From Coleofasciculus chthonoplastes F2-STO-03 (GTDB lineage: Bacteria; Cyanobacteriota; Cyanobacteriia; Cyanobacteriales; Coleofasciculaceae), in NCBI GenBank assembly GCA_040222015.1, contig JAVJWO010000018.1, positions 1 to 64,000 of the forward strand: a stretch of DNA of 64,000 nt. Direction: 5' to 3'. Position 1 is the first letter of the stretch; every line of letters begins with the position of its first letter. Below are positions 1 to 9,180 of this stretch, in pieces. The notes under the pieces are model-generated. The model did not search any database and had not been told where the DNA came from. It was given only the letters and a program-made list of their open reading frames with translations. A program made the translations under genes and the position numbers.

Positions 1-1
1 A

Positions 2-124
2 GCCTTTCTGAATCAGCGTTTGCAGGGAACTCAAATTGAATCACTTTTACAAGGAGGTGGCTGTGATCTGTTCGAGTACACCATTATGGGTGAAATCAAC
101 AGGAATGTTCGTGCTGAACTCTAA
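2..124 (+). CDS. 3' end of a CDS running in from the left edge (...AFLNQRLQGTQIESLLQGGGCDLFEYTIMGEINRNVRAEL*), possibly a V4R-like small-ligand-binding domain
   Basis: Open frame from 2 to TAA at 122-124, translated by hand. The Q-I-E-S...G-C-D-L-F-E-Y pattern resembles V4R C-termini. It lies directly upstream of a Roadblock gene. Confidence 0.45.
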   Translation, partial: AFLNQRLQGTQIESLLQGGGCDLFEYTIMGEINRNVRAEL

Positions 125-213
125 GAGTAACAGCGTCGGGGGAATACGAGAAATCTCAGCTTTGAGTATCTATTACTGCAAAGACTGTTGGAAATTAAAC
201 AAGGAGTATCCAA

Positions 214-585
214 ATGGCGATTAACGCCGAAAAACTAGGAATGATCATCAAAGAGTTTGCTGCTGCCGCCTCTGATGTAGAAGGGGCTGCGGTTGTCACC
301 CCCGATGGTTTACCTCTGGCGACGACTTTACCCAGTGGTATGGATGACGAACGAGTTTCTGCGATGTCAGCGGCGATGCTTTCCTTAGGGGAACGGATTG
401 GTAAAGAATTAGTTCGCGGTACCATTGAACGTATTTATGTTGAGGGTGATAAAGGTTTGAGTATCCTCACCAGTTGTGGTGAAGATACCGTCTTTTTGGT
501 TCTGGCGACTAAAACGGCGAAGCAAGGACTGTTGATGTTGGACATCAAGCGCACCCTAGGTGAATTGCGGATGGTTCTGTCTTAA
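214..585 (+). CDS. Roadblock/LC7 (MglB-like) protein
   Basis: VEGAAVVTPDGLPLA and RVSAMSAAMLSLGERIG motifs; AGGAG RBS upstream. Confidence 0.92.
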   Translation: MAINAEKLGMIIKEFAAAASDVEGAAVVTPDGLPLATTLPSGMDDERVSAMSAAMLSLGERIGKELVRGTIERIYVEGDKGLSILTSCGEDTVFLVLATKTAKQGLLMLDIKRTLGELRMVLS

Positions 586-637
586 TGGATTGACCTATCT
601 AGTGCAAGAAAGCAGAAATAACTGAACAGCTAATATC

Positions 638-676
638 TCCCCCAGCTTCCCCAGCTCCCTCTGCTCCCCCTGCTTC
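638..676. repeat. CCCCAGCT(T/C)-type short tandem repeat; related tracts at ~45570-45650, ~57567-57645 and ~61941-62010
   Basis: Direct reading of ctcccccagcttccccagctcccctgctccccctgct. Confidence 0.8.
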
Positions 677-732
677 ATCGTATCTACGAAGCTGCTCAAG
701 TATTTTTGCCGCGCTGCACTAGGTAGATATAC

Positions 733-765
733 AGATCCCCGACTTCTTGAAGAAGTCGGGGATCT
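733..765. repeat. Perfect 16-bp-arm palindrome (dispersed REP-like element)
   Basis: agatccccgacttctt-g-aagaagtcggggatct. Confidence 0.85.
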
Positions 766-1229
766 TGCTTAGGTGGACAGGGGGGAAGTGGACGCTCATT
801 AACATTTCTTAGTAAAGTGAACAGAATTGTATGTCCAGATACTTATTTTGAAGTTAGCCGAGAATTTATGAGAAGCATGGCATAAAAGTATAAGAAATGT
901 TAACACTGTTTATCTAGAGGATGGGTCATAGTCAAAATATGAAGGCGCCAAGGGCTTACCATTGAAGGGTTTAGAGGCTAAACAGCTCAGCATCTATCTA
1001 TCTATAGGTAGAGATGAACTAGAATCAAGGCTTGAACTCAATTGTCGGTCTGACCTTCTCAGCGATCCATAAAGGGTCTCCCTTGATTGTAAATTTTTTT
1101 AAAAAAAGCTCATTTCTCCGGAGAAGTTCACTATACTGGGTTTTACCTTCGTAATTTCTTACATTACAGAAATTGATTAAAGGTTTGTTACATAAAGACC
1201 ATTTTTTATCCCCGATAGGAGGAACGTCC

Positions 1230-1613
1230 ATGGAAATGACAACCCGTGAAAACTTAACCAAGACTTATTCACTCAACGAAAAGGTCACAGGCTTCTTAAT
1301 TTGGACATTTACCCTAACGGTAAGTCTCTTAGTGGCAGGGTTTCCGCTGATTGTGTTAATGGTGGCGCTTGGAGCAATTATGGCGATTTCTTTGCAATCG
1401 CTTTTGCCGATTAGTGCCGTTTTGCTCGTCGCCGTTGGTTTGATTGGTGCGAATGTTTTGGGAATTGTATTCGGCGCTGCCGTTTTAACCTTCAAGGGCG
1501 TCAATCCGAAGGAAGTCCGTTGGTTGAGCTGGTTACATGGTGAGCAGAATATTCTGCATAAGTCAATTTTTGCAGCTTGCCCACTCACCTGTGATTATGA
1601 AGCTACAAAGTAG
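1230..1613 (+). CDS. Hypothetical integral membrane protein with several TM helices and a C-terminal ACPLTC motif
   Basis: AGGAGG RBS before ATG at 1230; long hydrophobic segments. Confidence 0.8.
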   Translation: MEMTTRENLTKTYSLNEKVTGFLIWTFTLTVSLLVAGFPLIVLMVALGAIMAISLQSLLPISAVLLVAVGLIGANVLGIVFGAAVLTFKGVNPKEVRWLSWLHGEQNILHKSIFAACPLTCDYEATK

Positions 1614-1688
1614 TACTCAACTGGATGTTTAACAATTTATCAACATAGCTGAATACACGGAGTAAGTTTTTCATCAAACGGTAGTGTG

Positions 1689-1712
1689 GCCCGGTTTTAA
1701 CCGGGTTTTTTC
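1689..1712 (+). terminator. Intrinsic terminator
   Basis: cccggtt-tt-aaccggg hairpin followed by a T-tract. Confidence 0.65.
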
Positions 1713-1751
1713 ATGTCTAAGAGTAATGTAGAGACAAGGCAACAAGCGTCT

Positions 1752-1857
1752 TATAGCAACCGCCATAGCTGTTAGGACACATCATTTATGTAGAGACTAG
1801 GCATGCTTAGTCTCTACAAGGGTGACGAAAGTCCTAATCGATGTGTCTACTGCTATA
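1752..1857. mobile_element. MITE-like element with TATAGC...GCTATA termini and an internal GTAGAGAC...GTCTCTAC palindrome
   Basis: Terminal inverted repeats visible; a related left end (tatagctgtcgccat...ttaggaca) recurs near 7550. Confidence 0.6.
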
Positions 1858-2064
1858 GTTTTACATCTCAAATGTAAACGCTATAGTAGCGAGCAAGATG
1901 CTCGCACTACCAGGATGAGAGCAATTACTGGCATTCAGCTTTAAAAGCCGAACAGCTTAAAGGTATAGAATGTCAATGATAAATAAAAAATTTTTCTGGC
2001 TTGACGTTAAAAACAAATACTTAACTACGTTGGCAATTCTCTAGCGATCGCATTAGACTTTAGC

Positions 2065-2377
2065 TTATCCGGCGATAGGTTCCCCACGCTCTAATCTTCG
2101 ATTGAGCGTGGGATGAATCGCCAGTTTATTAGCTTACAACTTGCTTGTTGTAAGCTAATATTAAGGGTAAATTGTTTTTGTATTTCATTGACAAAGCTGT
2201 AAAAGCTGGTAAATTGACAGCAAAAACTAAATTACATAACTACAGTTTCTCTTGCGATAAGCAAGAAGTGGGCTCTTGCTTATTCCCCACTATAAAACGC
2301 CGGAAGCGTCGTTCTGAAACGGAACCCCAAAGGAAGCCTACAACCTTACCCGTAGGGTCGGTGTAGGAGGACGTCAC
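2065..2377 (+). mobile_element. Non-autonomous IS200/IS605-derived element (left-end hairpin plus tnpB-type right end, no transposase or TnpB ORF)
   Basis: Left hairpin ggcgat...cccacgctc taatcttcgatt gagcgtggg...atcgcc. Right end gaagcctacaacc...ggtgtaggaggacgTCAC resembles cyanobacterial IS605 termini. Confidence 0.6.
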
Positions 2378-2544
2378 AAACCATACAGCTTGTTAGAGAC
2401 ATACCCGGTATGTCTCTACTTGTCAGGTAAGAAAATTTTCTGGCTAGTGCAAATTTGCCAATATTGGCTAAGGGATAAAGGGGGTTTCAAACGCGGATTT
2501 GGTATGACAAGGACTTCGCAATTCTTGTCATTAAGATTACAATA

Positions 2545-2648
2545 TATAGCGATCCTAAATAGATTGTGGCAATTTTCACGCACTGAGATCCTCGCTATAC
2601 ATGGGTTTCGAGCAGTTCACTTGTTGCATCCTATTTAGGATTGCTATA
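2545..2648. mobile_element. MITE-like element with 18-bp terminal inverted repeats
   Basis: tatagcgatcctaaatag ... ctatttaggattgctata. Confidence 0.7.
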
Positions 2649-2980
2649 GCGCTCTATTGTCATTCTGGCAAAAGAACGATCAAAGCTGATTGCTGAAAGC
2701 TATAGCTGCCAAGCATTTTGGCGTTAAGAAACTGATAGAAACTCATTAAATAGGGACTTCTATATTTAGTAATTAAAGATACTAAGTATAGGATGTTGCT
2801 GACTTCTATAACTTCTAATTTATTTTTCATATCTTCAATGAAACTTTATCAAAAGATGCCGGATATTATCTTACTTGGACAGAAAGGTTAATTGAAGCAA
2901 ACAGATAATGCTTGTTTGATTAGTCTCGGGCTACCAAGTGACTGAATCTGAATCCATTAAAATGTATTAGGAGCAAAAAA

Positions 2981-3352
2981 ATGCCGATTGACTCTGACAA
3001 AATGACCCGTATTCTCCACAACTTTGTCTCTAAGGTCTCTGATGTTGAGGGAGCTGCCGTGGTAACTCCAGATGGTTTGCCACTTGCATCCAGTTTACCC
3101 GGTGGTATAGATGATGTGCGGATATCTGCCATGTCAGCTACGATGCTGTCTCTGGGCGAGAAAGTTGGAGCTGAACTTGCTAAAGGTAGCATGGATCAAA
3201 TCAGCGTTGCCAGTGGTGAAGGGTTTAGCATTTTGACCAATTGTGGTAACGATGCTGTTTTAATCGTACTCGCTGGAAAAGATGCCAAACAGGGTGTTTT
3301 ACAGTTAGAGATCCAGCGTATCGTTAATGACTTGAAAGTGGCGATGAGGTAG
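2981..3352 (+). CDS. Roadblock/LC7 (MglB-like) protein, paralogue of 214..585
   Basis: SDVEGAAVVTPDGLPLA is identical to the first copy; same length (123 aa); AGGAG RBS. Confidence 0.92.
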   Translation: MPIDSDKMTRILHNFVSKVSDVEGAAVVTPDGLPLASSLPGGIDDVRISAMSATMLSLGEKVGAELAKGSMDQISVASGEGFSILTNCGNDAVLIVLAGKDAKQGVLQLEIQRIVNDLKVAMR

Positions 3353-3802
3353 TCTATTTAGCCAATTTATAAATTGACCAATTTGCGAAACAAATTGTAA
3401 TTTTTATCACCCAAATCTCATAATAAGATGTAGCCAAAGTTTGTCTATAAACTCAGTGAATAAGTGGGGCTGCATGAAAATTACAGTAAGTTTCTAGTAA
3501 ATGGGTACAGTCTTTTTAAGAGGACAGACTCAAGTCTCTATCGTCTCTCTTGTTAATCATCAAGAAGGGGAAGGATATTCCCTTTTCTGTAAAGTCTGAA
3601 TCAATCCAGTTTCAAGCTTCAGACGATGAGTTTTAACCTGAGTTGGACATTGGTTAACCAACTCAGTTAAAAAACAATCAAGGTATGGCATCTCCAATAC
3701 AGGGACATCCATCAAAAAACATCTAGGACTGGACTCGTTAGTAGCCTTAAATCAAACCAACGTTTATCAACCAGTCAACTGACACGATGTACTGTAGGAG
3801 AA

Positions 3803-4477
3803 ATGACAGCGATGAAATGGAAAGCGTTCATTGCCGAATTTATTGGTACGTTTGCCTTAATCTTCATTGGAGTCGGCGCAATCGCGGCAAACCATATTAC
3901 CAAAGGAGGCGCCGGACTAACGGGTATCGCTCTCGCCCATGGATTAACGATTGCGGTTATGGTGAGCGCCACAGCCGCCGTCAGTGGTGGACATCTGAAT
4001 CCCGCTGTGACATTTGGAGCATTGCTCACCGGTAAAATTGATCCCAAAAATGCGGGTGGATATGTTCTATTCCAGTGTTTAGGCGCAATTTTTGCCGCTA
4101 GTCTGATTAAACTGAGTATTCCCATTCAGGTTTTAAATGCCGTCAGTATGGGTACGCCAGCATTGGGATCAGGAATTAGTCCTATTGCTGGAGTGGCGAT
4201 GGAGTTTTTTCTGACATTCTTCTTAGTTTTCGTTATCTTCGGTACCGCCATTGATCCCCGCGCTCCCCAAGTTGGGGGCTTGTTTATTGGCTTAACCGTA
4301 GCCCTAGATATCCTTGCTGGAGGTCCTATCAGTGGAGGGGCGATGAATCCAGCACGGCATTTAGGACCCGCTTTATTAGGTGGAGGACTTGGTAATATTT
4401 GGGTGTATTGGGTGGGTCCCTTATTAGGGGGAGCTGCTGCGGCTTTACTGTACGAACTCACTTTGGCAAAATCTTAA
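3803..4477 (+). CDS. MIP-family aquaporin
   Basis: Two NPA boxes (GHLNPAVT, GAMNPAR), AEFIGTF start, WVYWVGP, six TM helices. Confidence 0.95.
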   Translation: MTAMKWKAFIAEFIGTFALIFIGVGAIAANHITKGGAGLTGIALAHGLTIAVMVSATAAVSGGHLNPAVTFGALLTGKIDPKNAGGYVLFQCLGAIFAASLIKLSIPIQVLNAVSMGTPALGSGISPIAGVAMEFFLTFFLVFVIFGTAIDPRAPQVGGLFIGLTVALDILAGGPISGGAMNPARHLGPALLGGGLGNIWVYWVGPLLGGAAAALLYELTLAKS

Positions 4478-4678
4478 AACTTGTCAATAGCCAAGGGGTT
4501 AGATCCCGGGTTGATTGACTAACAGTATGCTCTAGTATCGGGCGACCCGAGTTAATTGAGTGGACTTGCGTTTTTATTAATCTCAGCGGGTCGCCCCTAC
4601 AGGAGTCTAAATACACGTTATTAGACAAGCAACTGAACCATTGAATGAATTACGCTGTGTTGTTATGGAGTAAAATGA

Positions 4679-5221
4679 ATGAAATTTTTACGGGTGATTG
4701 TTGCCGGTCCTGTTAGTTCGGGGAAATCTACATTCGTGAAAACGGCTAGTGACACTGGCGTCATTGAAACCGAACGTTTCGCCACTGATTCCACATCTTT
4801 GTTGAAGCCTCAAACGACTGTTGCCTTTGACTTTAGTCGCCTGATCCTCAGTCCGGAAATGGAACTGCATCTCTACGGGACTCCTGGTCAATCCCGCTTT
4901 GAATTTATGTGGGATTTATTAATTCAAAGAGCTGATGCTTACATTTTGTTAGTAGCAGCCCATCGTGGGGATGATTTTTCCTCAGCTCGTGAAATTCTTG
5001 CCTATATGCACCAGCGTGTACAACTGCCGATGATCATTGGTCTTACTCATACCGATTGTCCAGACAGTAAGTCTGCAGAAGACGTGATCAGGGAATTAGG
5101 TTGTCTCGATGACGAAACATGTCCAAGCATCGTGACAGTTAATCCAATGGATAAAACCTCGGTGCTGAATATCCTAATGATGATAAAATCTCATATCCTT
5201 AAAGAGGTTGACATTAGCTAA
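4679..5221 (+). CDS. Small Ras-like GTPase (MglA group/CvnD-like ATP/GTP-binding protein)
   Basis: G1 GPVSSGKST, G2 TTVAFDF, G3 LYGTPGQ, RFEFMW, G4-like THTD. Confidence 0.9.
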   Translation: MKFLRVIVAGPVSSGKSTFVKTASDTGVIETERFATDSTSLLKPQTTVAFDFSRLILSPEMELHLYGTPGQSRFEFMWDLLIQRADAYILLVAAHRGDDFSSAREILAYMHQRVQLPMIIGLTHTDCPDSKSAEDVIRELGCLDDETCPSIVTVNPMDKTSVLNILMMIKSHILKEVDIS

Positions 5222-5411
5222 TTTTATGTCGTGACAGATAAAAATCAAGCTATTTTGAGTGGATTTTACGCTTATAGCTGGCGTTTTATAAAAACTTGTA
5301 GACAACCCTCAAACTCTTACAAATGACTAATGACAGATGACTAATGACAATCCCCACCTACTTAAGCGCGAGTGATGATGATCGTTTGGCGATAAACCAT
5401 TGGAGCAATCG

Positions 5412-7406
5412 ATGAGTGAAAATCAATCACGGTATGAATTACACTTTCATGGTCTAGTACAAGATGCGGTGACAGTTGAACCCAGTCAAGCGCAACAGAT
5501 TTATCAAAATAGTTTGACGCAACCGACGTCCAGCTATCAGTTACCTCTGCAACTGGCTGATTTTACGGGGCGTCAAGGGGAACTGGAACGCCTCACTGGG
5601 GTGTTAAAGCAGGCAATATCAAGTCCAGAACTCCAGGCGGCGATCGCACTGATTACAGGTGTCGCGGGAGTGGGCAAATCGGCTTTAGCGGTGCAAGTTG
5701 CTCACCAGCTACAATCTGAGTTTCCTGATGCTCAACTTTATGTCAACCTGCGCGGGAGTGAAGGACAACCTCTCGACCCCTTAGACGTACTTGCCGGGTT
5801 GCTGCGGGTTTGGGGGGTAGAGGATCAGTCAATACCTCAAAGTTTGAGTGAACGGTCTCAACTGTATCATTCTGTGATGGCAGGGAAACGGGTATTACTT
5901 ATCCTGGACAATGCCCGCGATGAGTTTCAGATTCGTCCTTTACTCCCTGAATGTTCCACTTGTGCTGTTCTAATTACTACTCGCCGCCAAATTAATGGGT
6001 TGGAAGAAGCGACGATTGTCGAGTTACCGGTGATGAGTGAACCCGAAGCGCGATCGCTCCTGGAAAATATTATTGGCGCAGAGGTAATCGCGGCTGAACC
6101 AGACGCTACTCAACACATTATTACTCAGTGCGATTATCTGCCGTTGGCGCTACGGATTACAGGCGGTTTTCTGCGCCAATCCCCCCACTGGAAACTGGCT
6201 GATTACGCCAGCAAGCTGGAACATGAACGACAGCGACTGGCACAAATGCACCTGAGTGATTTGTCGGTGCGCCCTAGCCTGGTGCTGAGTTATCAGTCAT
6301 TGGATGAAGCCTCGGCGCGTTTGTTCCGGTTACTGGGACTTTTAGTCGGTGTGAATTTTAAGGCGGAAGTCGCGCCGAGGTTGTTGGAGGTGGAACCTGC
6401 GATCGCGCAGCAAGCTTTTGATACGTTAGTAGCGTGGCAGCTTGTCACGCCGGTGAGTCAAGGGCGCTACCATTTCCATGATGTGGTGCGCCTGTTTGCC
6501 CGGGGACAGTTGGCGCAGCAGGAACCGGCTGATGTTCGCCAAGCGGCGCGATTGCGGCTAAGTCGTTGGTATCTGGAAACGGCGAAGGTTGTGGATTTGG
6601 CGATTAATCCAGAAACTCGCCGCTCCTTTGTCCAATCTGTGGTTAAGGGAAAAGATCAAGCGCCGACAGAGCGTCGTTGGCTGTTGACGGCTCTCTACTG
6701 GTTTGAAATCGAGCGCCCGAATATATTAGCGTCGGTGGAGTGGGCGCATCAAGCGGAGGCGTGGGATGTGGTGGTGTCTCTAGCTCAGAATTTGGTTAAT
6801 TTCTTTAATACCCATGGGTATTGGGGAGATTGGGAACGCACTCATGGATTAGCGTTGGAAGCCAGCCGAGAATTAGGCGATCGCGACAAAGAGGCGCAGA
6901 CGCTGATTAATTTGGGGAATGTGTATTCCTTAGAGGGTCAATGGGAGAAGGCAAACCAATGTTATCAGCAGAGTTTGGGTATTTTTAACGAGTTGAGCGA
7001 TCGCCCCGGAATGGCAAAGACGTTAAGTAATCTGGGAAATGTCTACTTTCAGCAGCAGCAGAACCAGAACGCGATCGATTGCTATCAGCAGAGTCTGTCC
7101 ATGTTCCAGGAGTTACGCGATCGCTACCGAGAAGGTCAGACGTTAGCCAATATGGGTATTTTCTCTGCTCAAAATAATCAGCCAGAACAAGCTATTCAGT
7201 TGTGGCAAGACTCGCTAACAAAACTTCATCCAAACTTGCCTAAGTTTCAACGAGTCGCTGAATGGTTACAGTCGATTAAAGGACAAAGCCTTGAAACCTC
7301 TTCTCCCACTCAGACGCCTCAGCCTCAGCGTCTCATTCTTTATTGGGGGGGCGTATTTATCCTGGTGATGAGTTTAATTCTGTCTATCATTATGTTAACG
7401 GGGTGA
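5412..7406 (+). CDS. NB-ARC (AfsR-like STAND) ATPase with TPR repeats and a C-terminal TM helix
   Basis: DFTGR, Walker A GVAGVGKS, Walker B LLILDNA, LITTR, LPLAL, FHD; TPR repeats (LGNVY...YQQSL); hydrophobic tail LILYWGGVFILVMSLILSIIML; GGAG RBS before ATG 5412. Confidence 0.9.
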   Translation: MSENQSRYELHFHGLVQDAVTVEPSQAQQIYQNSLTQPTSSYQLPLQLADFTGRQGELERLTGVLKQAISSPELQAAIALITGVAGVGKSALAVQVAHQLQSEFPDAQLYVNLRGSEGQPLDPLDVLAGLLRVWGVEDQSIPQSLSERSQLYHSVMAGKRVLLILDNARDEFQIRPLLPECSTCAVLITTRRQINGLEEATIVELPVMSEPEARSLLENIIGAEVIAAEPDATQHIITQCDYLPLALRITGGFLRQSPHWKLADYASKLEHERQRLAQMHLSDLSVRPSLVLSYQSLDEASARLFRLLGLLVGVNFKAEVAPRLLEVEPAIAQQAFDTLVAWQLVTPVSQGRYHFHDVVRLFARGQLAQQEPADVRQAARLRLSRWYLETAKVVDLAINPETRRSFVQSVVKGKDQAPTERRWLLTALYWFEIERPNILASVEWAHQAEAWDVVVSLAQNLVNFFNTHGYWGDWERTHGLALEASRELGDRDKEAQTLINLGNVYSLEGQWEKANQCYQQSLGIFNELSDRPGMAKTLSNLGNVYFQQQQNQNAIDCYQQSLSMFQELRDRYREGQTLANMGIFSAQNNQPEQAIQLWQDSLTKLHPNLPKFQRVAEWLQSIKGQSLETSSPTQTPQPQRLILYWGGVFILVMSLILSIIMLTG

Positions 7407-7762
7407 AACATCTAATCCACTGGCTCGTTTTTAGAGCTACACAAATCGATAAATTAACTTTATAAAACTATACATAATTGGCTACAAAAAAATTACCAGA
7501 TGTTCCGGATTCTGGAGGCAATTAGGGAAAAGCTTGAATAGCCTTAATGGTATAGCTGTCGCCATAAAGGTTAGGACAGATTGAAAGGCTGAAACAACCA
7601 TGTACACATAATAAACCTTCCTTATGCCCTCTGCCTTTTCCCATTCCTTCAAAATATTCATACTTTTATCATAAAACAAGCAGACAATACTCTAGAAAAA
7701 TTGCTAAAACTAAAGAAGACTCTATTTTGAGACTTACCCTAAAATCCAGATCAGAGAAAAAT

Positions 7763-8044
7763 ATGACCCTGAACGCTTATGATTTTTTGCAAAAAATGCA
7801 AGATCGGATTCATTTCACTGAAACCAATAAATCCCTCTTGAAATCCCAGGCTGATTGGGGAAAAGAAATTGCACCAGAGGTAGCCGAACAGTTCTACGCC
7901 TACTTAGGCAGCGATCCAGAAATGAATGCAATTTTAAATCACACACCTGATCGCATCCATCGGCTCCGGGAAACCTTTGTTCAGTGGTTTTACGAAATGT
8001 TTACGGGTATGGAGTCTAAATGGTTAGACAACACTAAGGGTTAG
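7763..8044 (+). pseudogene. Truncated protoglobin/globin-coupled-sensor-type globin (N-terminal half only)
   Basis: AEQFYAYL...PEMNAIL...RLRETFVQWFYEMFTG matches the sensor-globin B-E helices. The frame stops at 93 aa, before any proximal His helix. Confidence 0.7.
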
Positions 8045-8176
8045 CTAATTAATTTCGGGTGTAGTGCAATTCCGGGTAATTTTATATTTTTTTACAGTAG
8101 TGTGCTGTAAATAAGTTACTCGCTTAACGGATCTGACATTCATAAACTTAGGTGAAATACTGCGGAGAAAAATATA

Positions 8177-8824
8177 ATGGAAACAATGCGTCTTGTCGTA
8201 ACCGGAACAGTGGGTGCTGGTAAATCAACTTTTGTACGAACCTTTAGTCAAACGACAGTAATTGACACAGAACGCAAAGCGACAGATAACACATCGTTAA
8301 TCAAGAAACGCACAACTGTTGCTTTCGATTTCGGTACGCGCCTTTTAGGTCGGGAGATGGAGTTACAAGTTTATGGGACTCCCGGTCAATCGCGCTTTGA
8401 TTTTATGTGGGATTTATTGATTCGTCGCGCTCATGCCTATATTTTACTGGTGGCAGCCAATCGTTCTAGCTCTTTTAATGATGCTCGCGAAATTATCTCG
8501 TTTATGAACAGCCGAGTCCAAATTCCGATGATGATTGGTCTAACTTGTATGGATTTACCTGGCGCTTTGGGACAAGAGCATATTGCCTTTGCTCTCGGCT
8601 TTATGAATGACAAAAACCGACCGCCCATTGTTACAGTAAATCCTAATGAAAAAACGTCGGTGTTTGAAGCATTAATGGTGTTAATGGCTCACCAGTTGTT
8701 ACAAAGTAGTAAGAGTAAAGGAAATGCCGCCTTGGGAAATGTGGGAGGTAGTCGTCAAGCTGAACCCCTGAAGTCAAGAACGAAGTATCAGTGGCCCAAG
8801 CAACAGTTTTCATCAGGGCTATAG
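8177..8824 (+). CDS. Small Ras-like GTPase (MglA group/CvnD-like), paralogue of 4679..5221, with a basic C-terminal extension
   Basis: GTVGAGKST, TTVAFDFG, VYGTPGQSRFDFMW. Confidence 0.9.
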   Translation: METMRLVVTGTVGAGKSTFVRTFSQTTVIDTERKATDNTSLIKKRTTVAFDFGTRLLGREMELQVYGTPGQSRFDFMWDLLIRRAHAYILLVAANRSSSFNDAREIISFMNSRVQIPMMIGLTCMDLPGALGQEHIAFALGFMNDKNRPPIVTVNPNEKTSVFEALMVLMAHQLLQSSKSKGNAALGNVGGSRQAEPLKSRTKYQWPKQQFSSGL

Positions 8825-8918
8825 GATTTGATCCCAAGTTGCGTTGGTTCTAACCTGTCTGATGAGAGCGAAGCGAAGAATCTGGTCTGAACCATCAACG
8901 GTGAAGACAGTACAAAAT

Positions 8919-8968
8919 GGCTATCCTTACTACCCCAGCCAAGACGGTGGGAGGGATAGCCGCTTTTG
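8919..8968 (+). terminator. Hairpin, possible terminator after the second GTPase
   Basis: ggctatcc...ggatagcc stem followed by gctttt. Confidence 0.45.
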
Positions 8969-9180
8969 GGTGATTTCCCAGAAAGCTAGACTGAGGTATG
9001 ATAAAGAGTAGACTTATCTTAGCAAGGGTTAGCTGACTTATGCGATCGCAGTTGCTTCTTCTCCCGTCGGCAAAATTTGGCTAGTGCCGTGGGGCGGTCA
9101 GTACTGACCCGCGCAAATCTCCTAATCTATAAAGATGACAAAATTTTAATACTTTAATTATTGTCAGTATTTTTTTGATC

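Noticed and set aside
8095..8122. NtcA-binding site upstream of the second GTPase
   Set aside because: The GTA...TAC spacing is 7, not the canonical 8
9040..9125. GC-rich leader as a c-di-GMP or c-di-AMP riboswitch
   Set aside because: It can form hairpins but lacks the consensus GEMM or ydaO motifs
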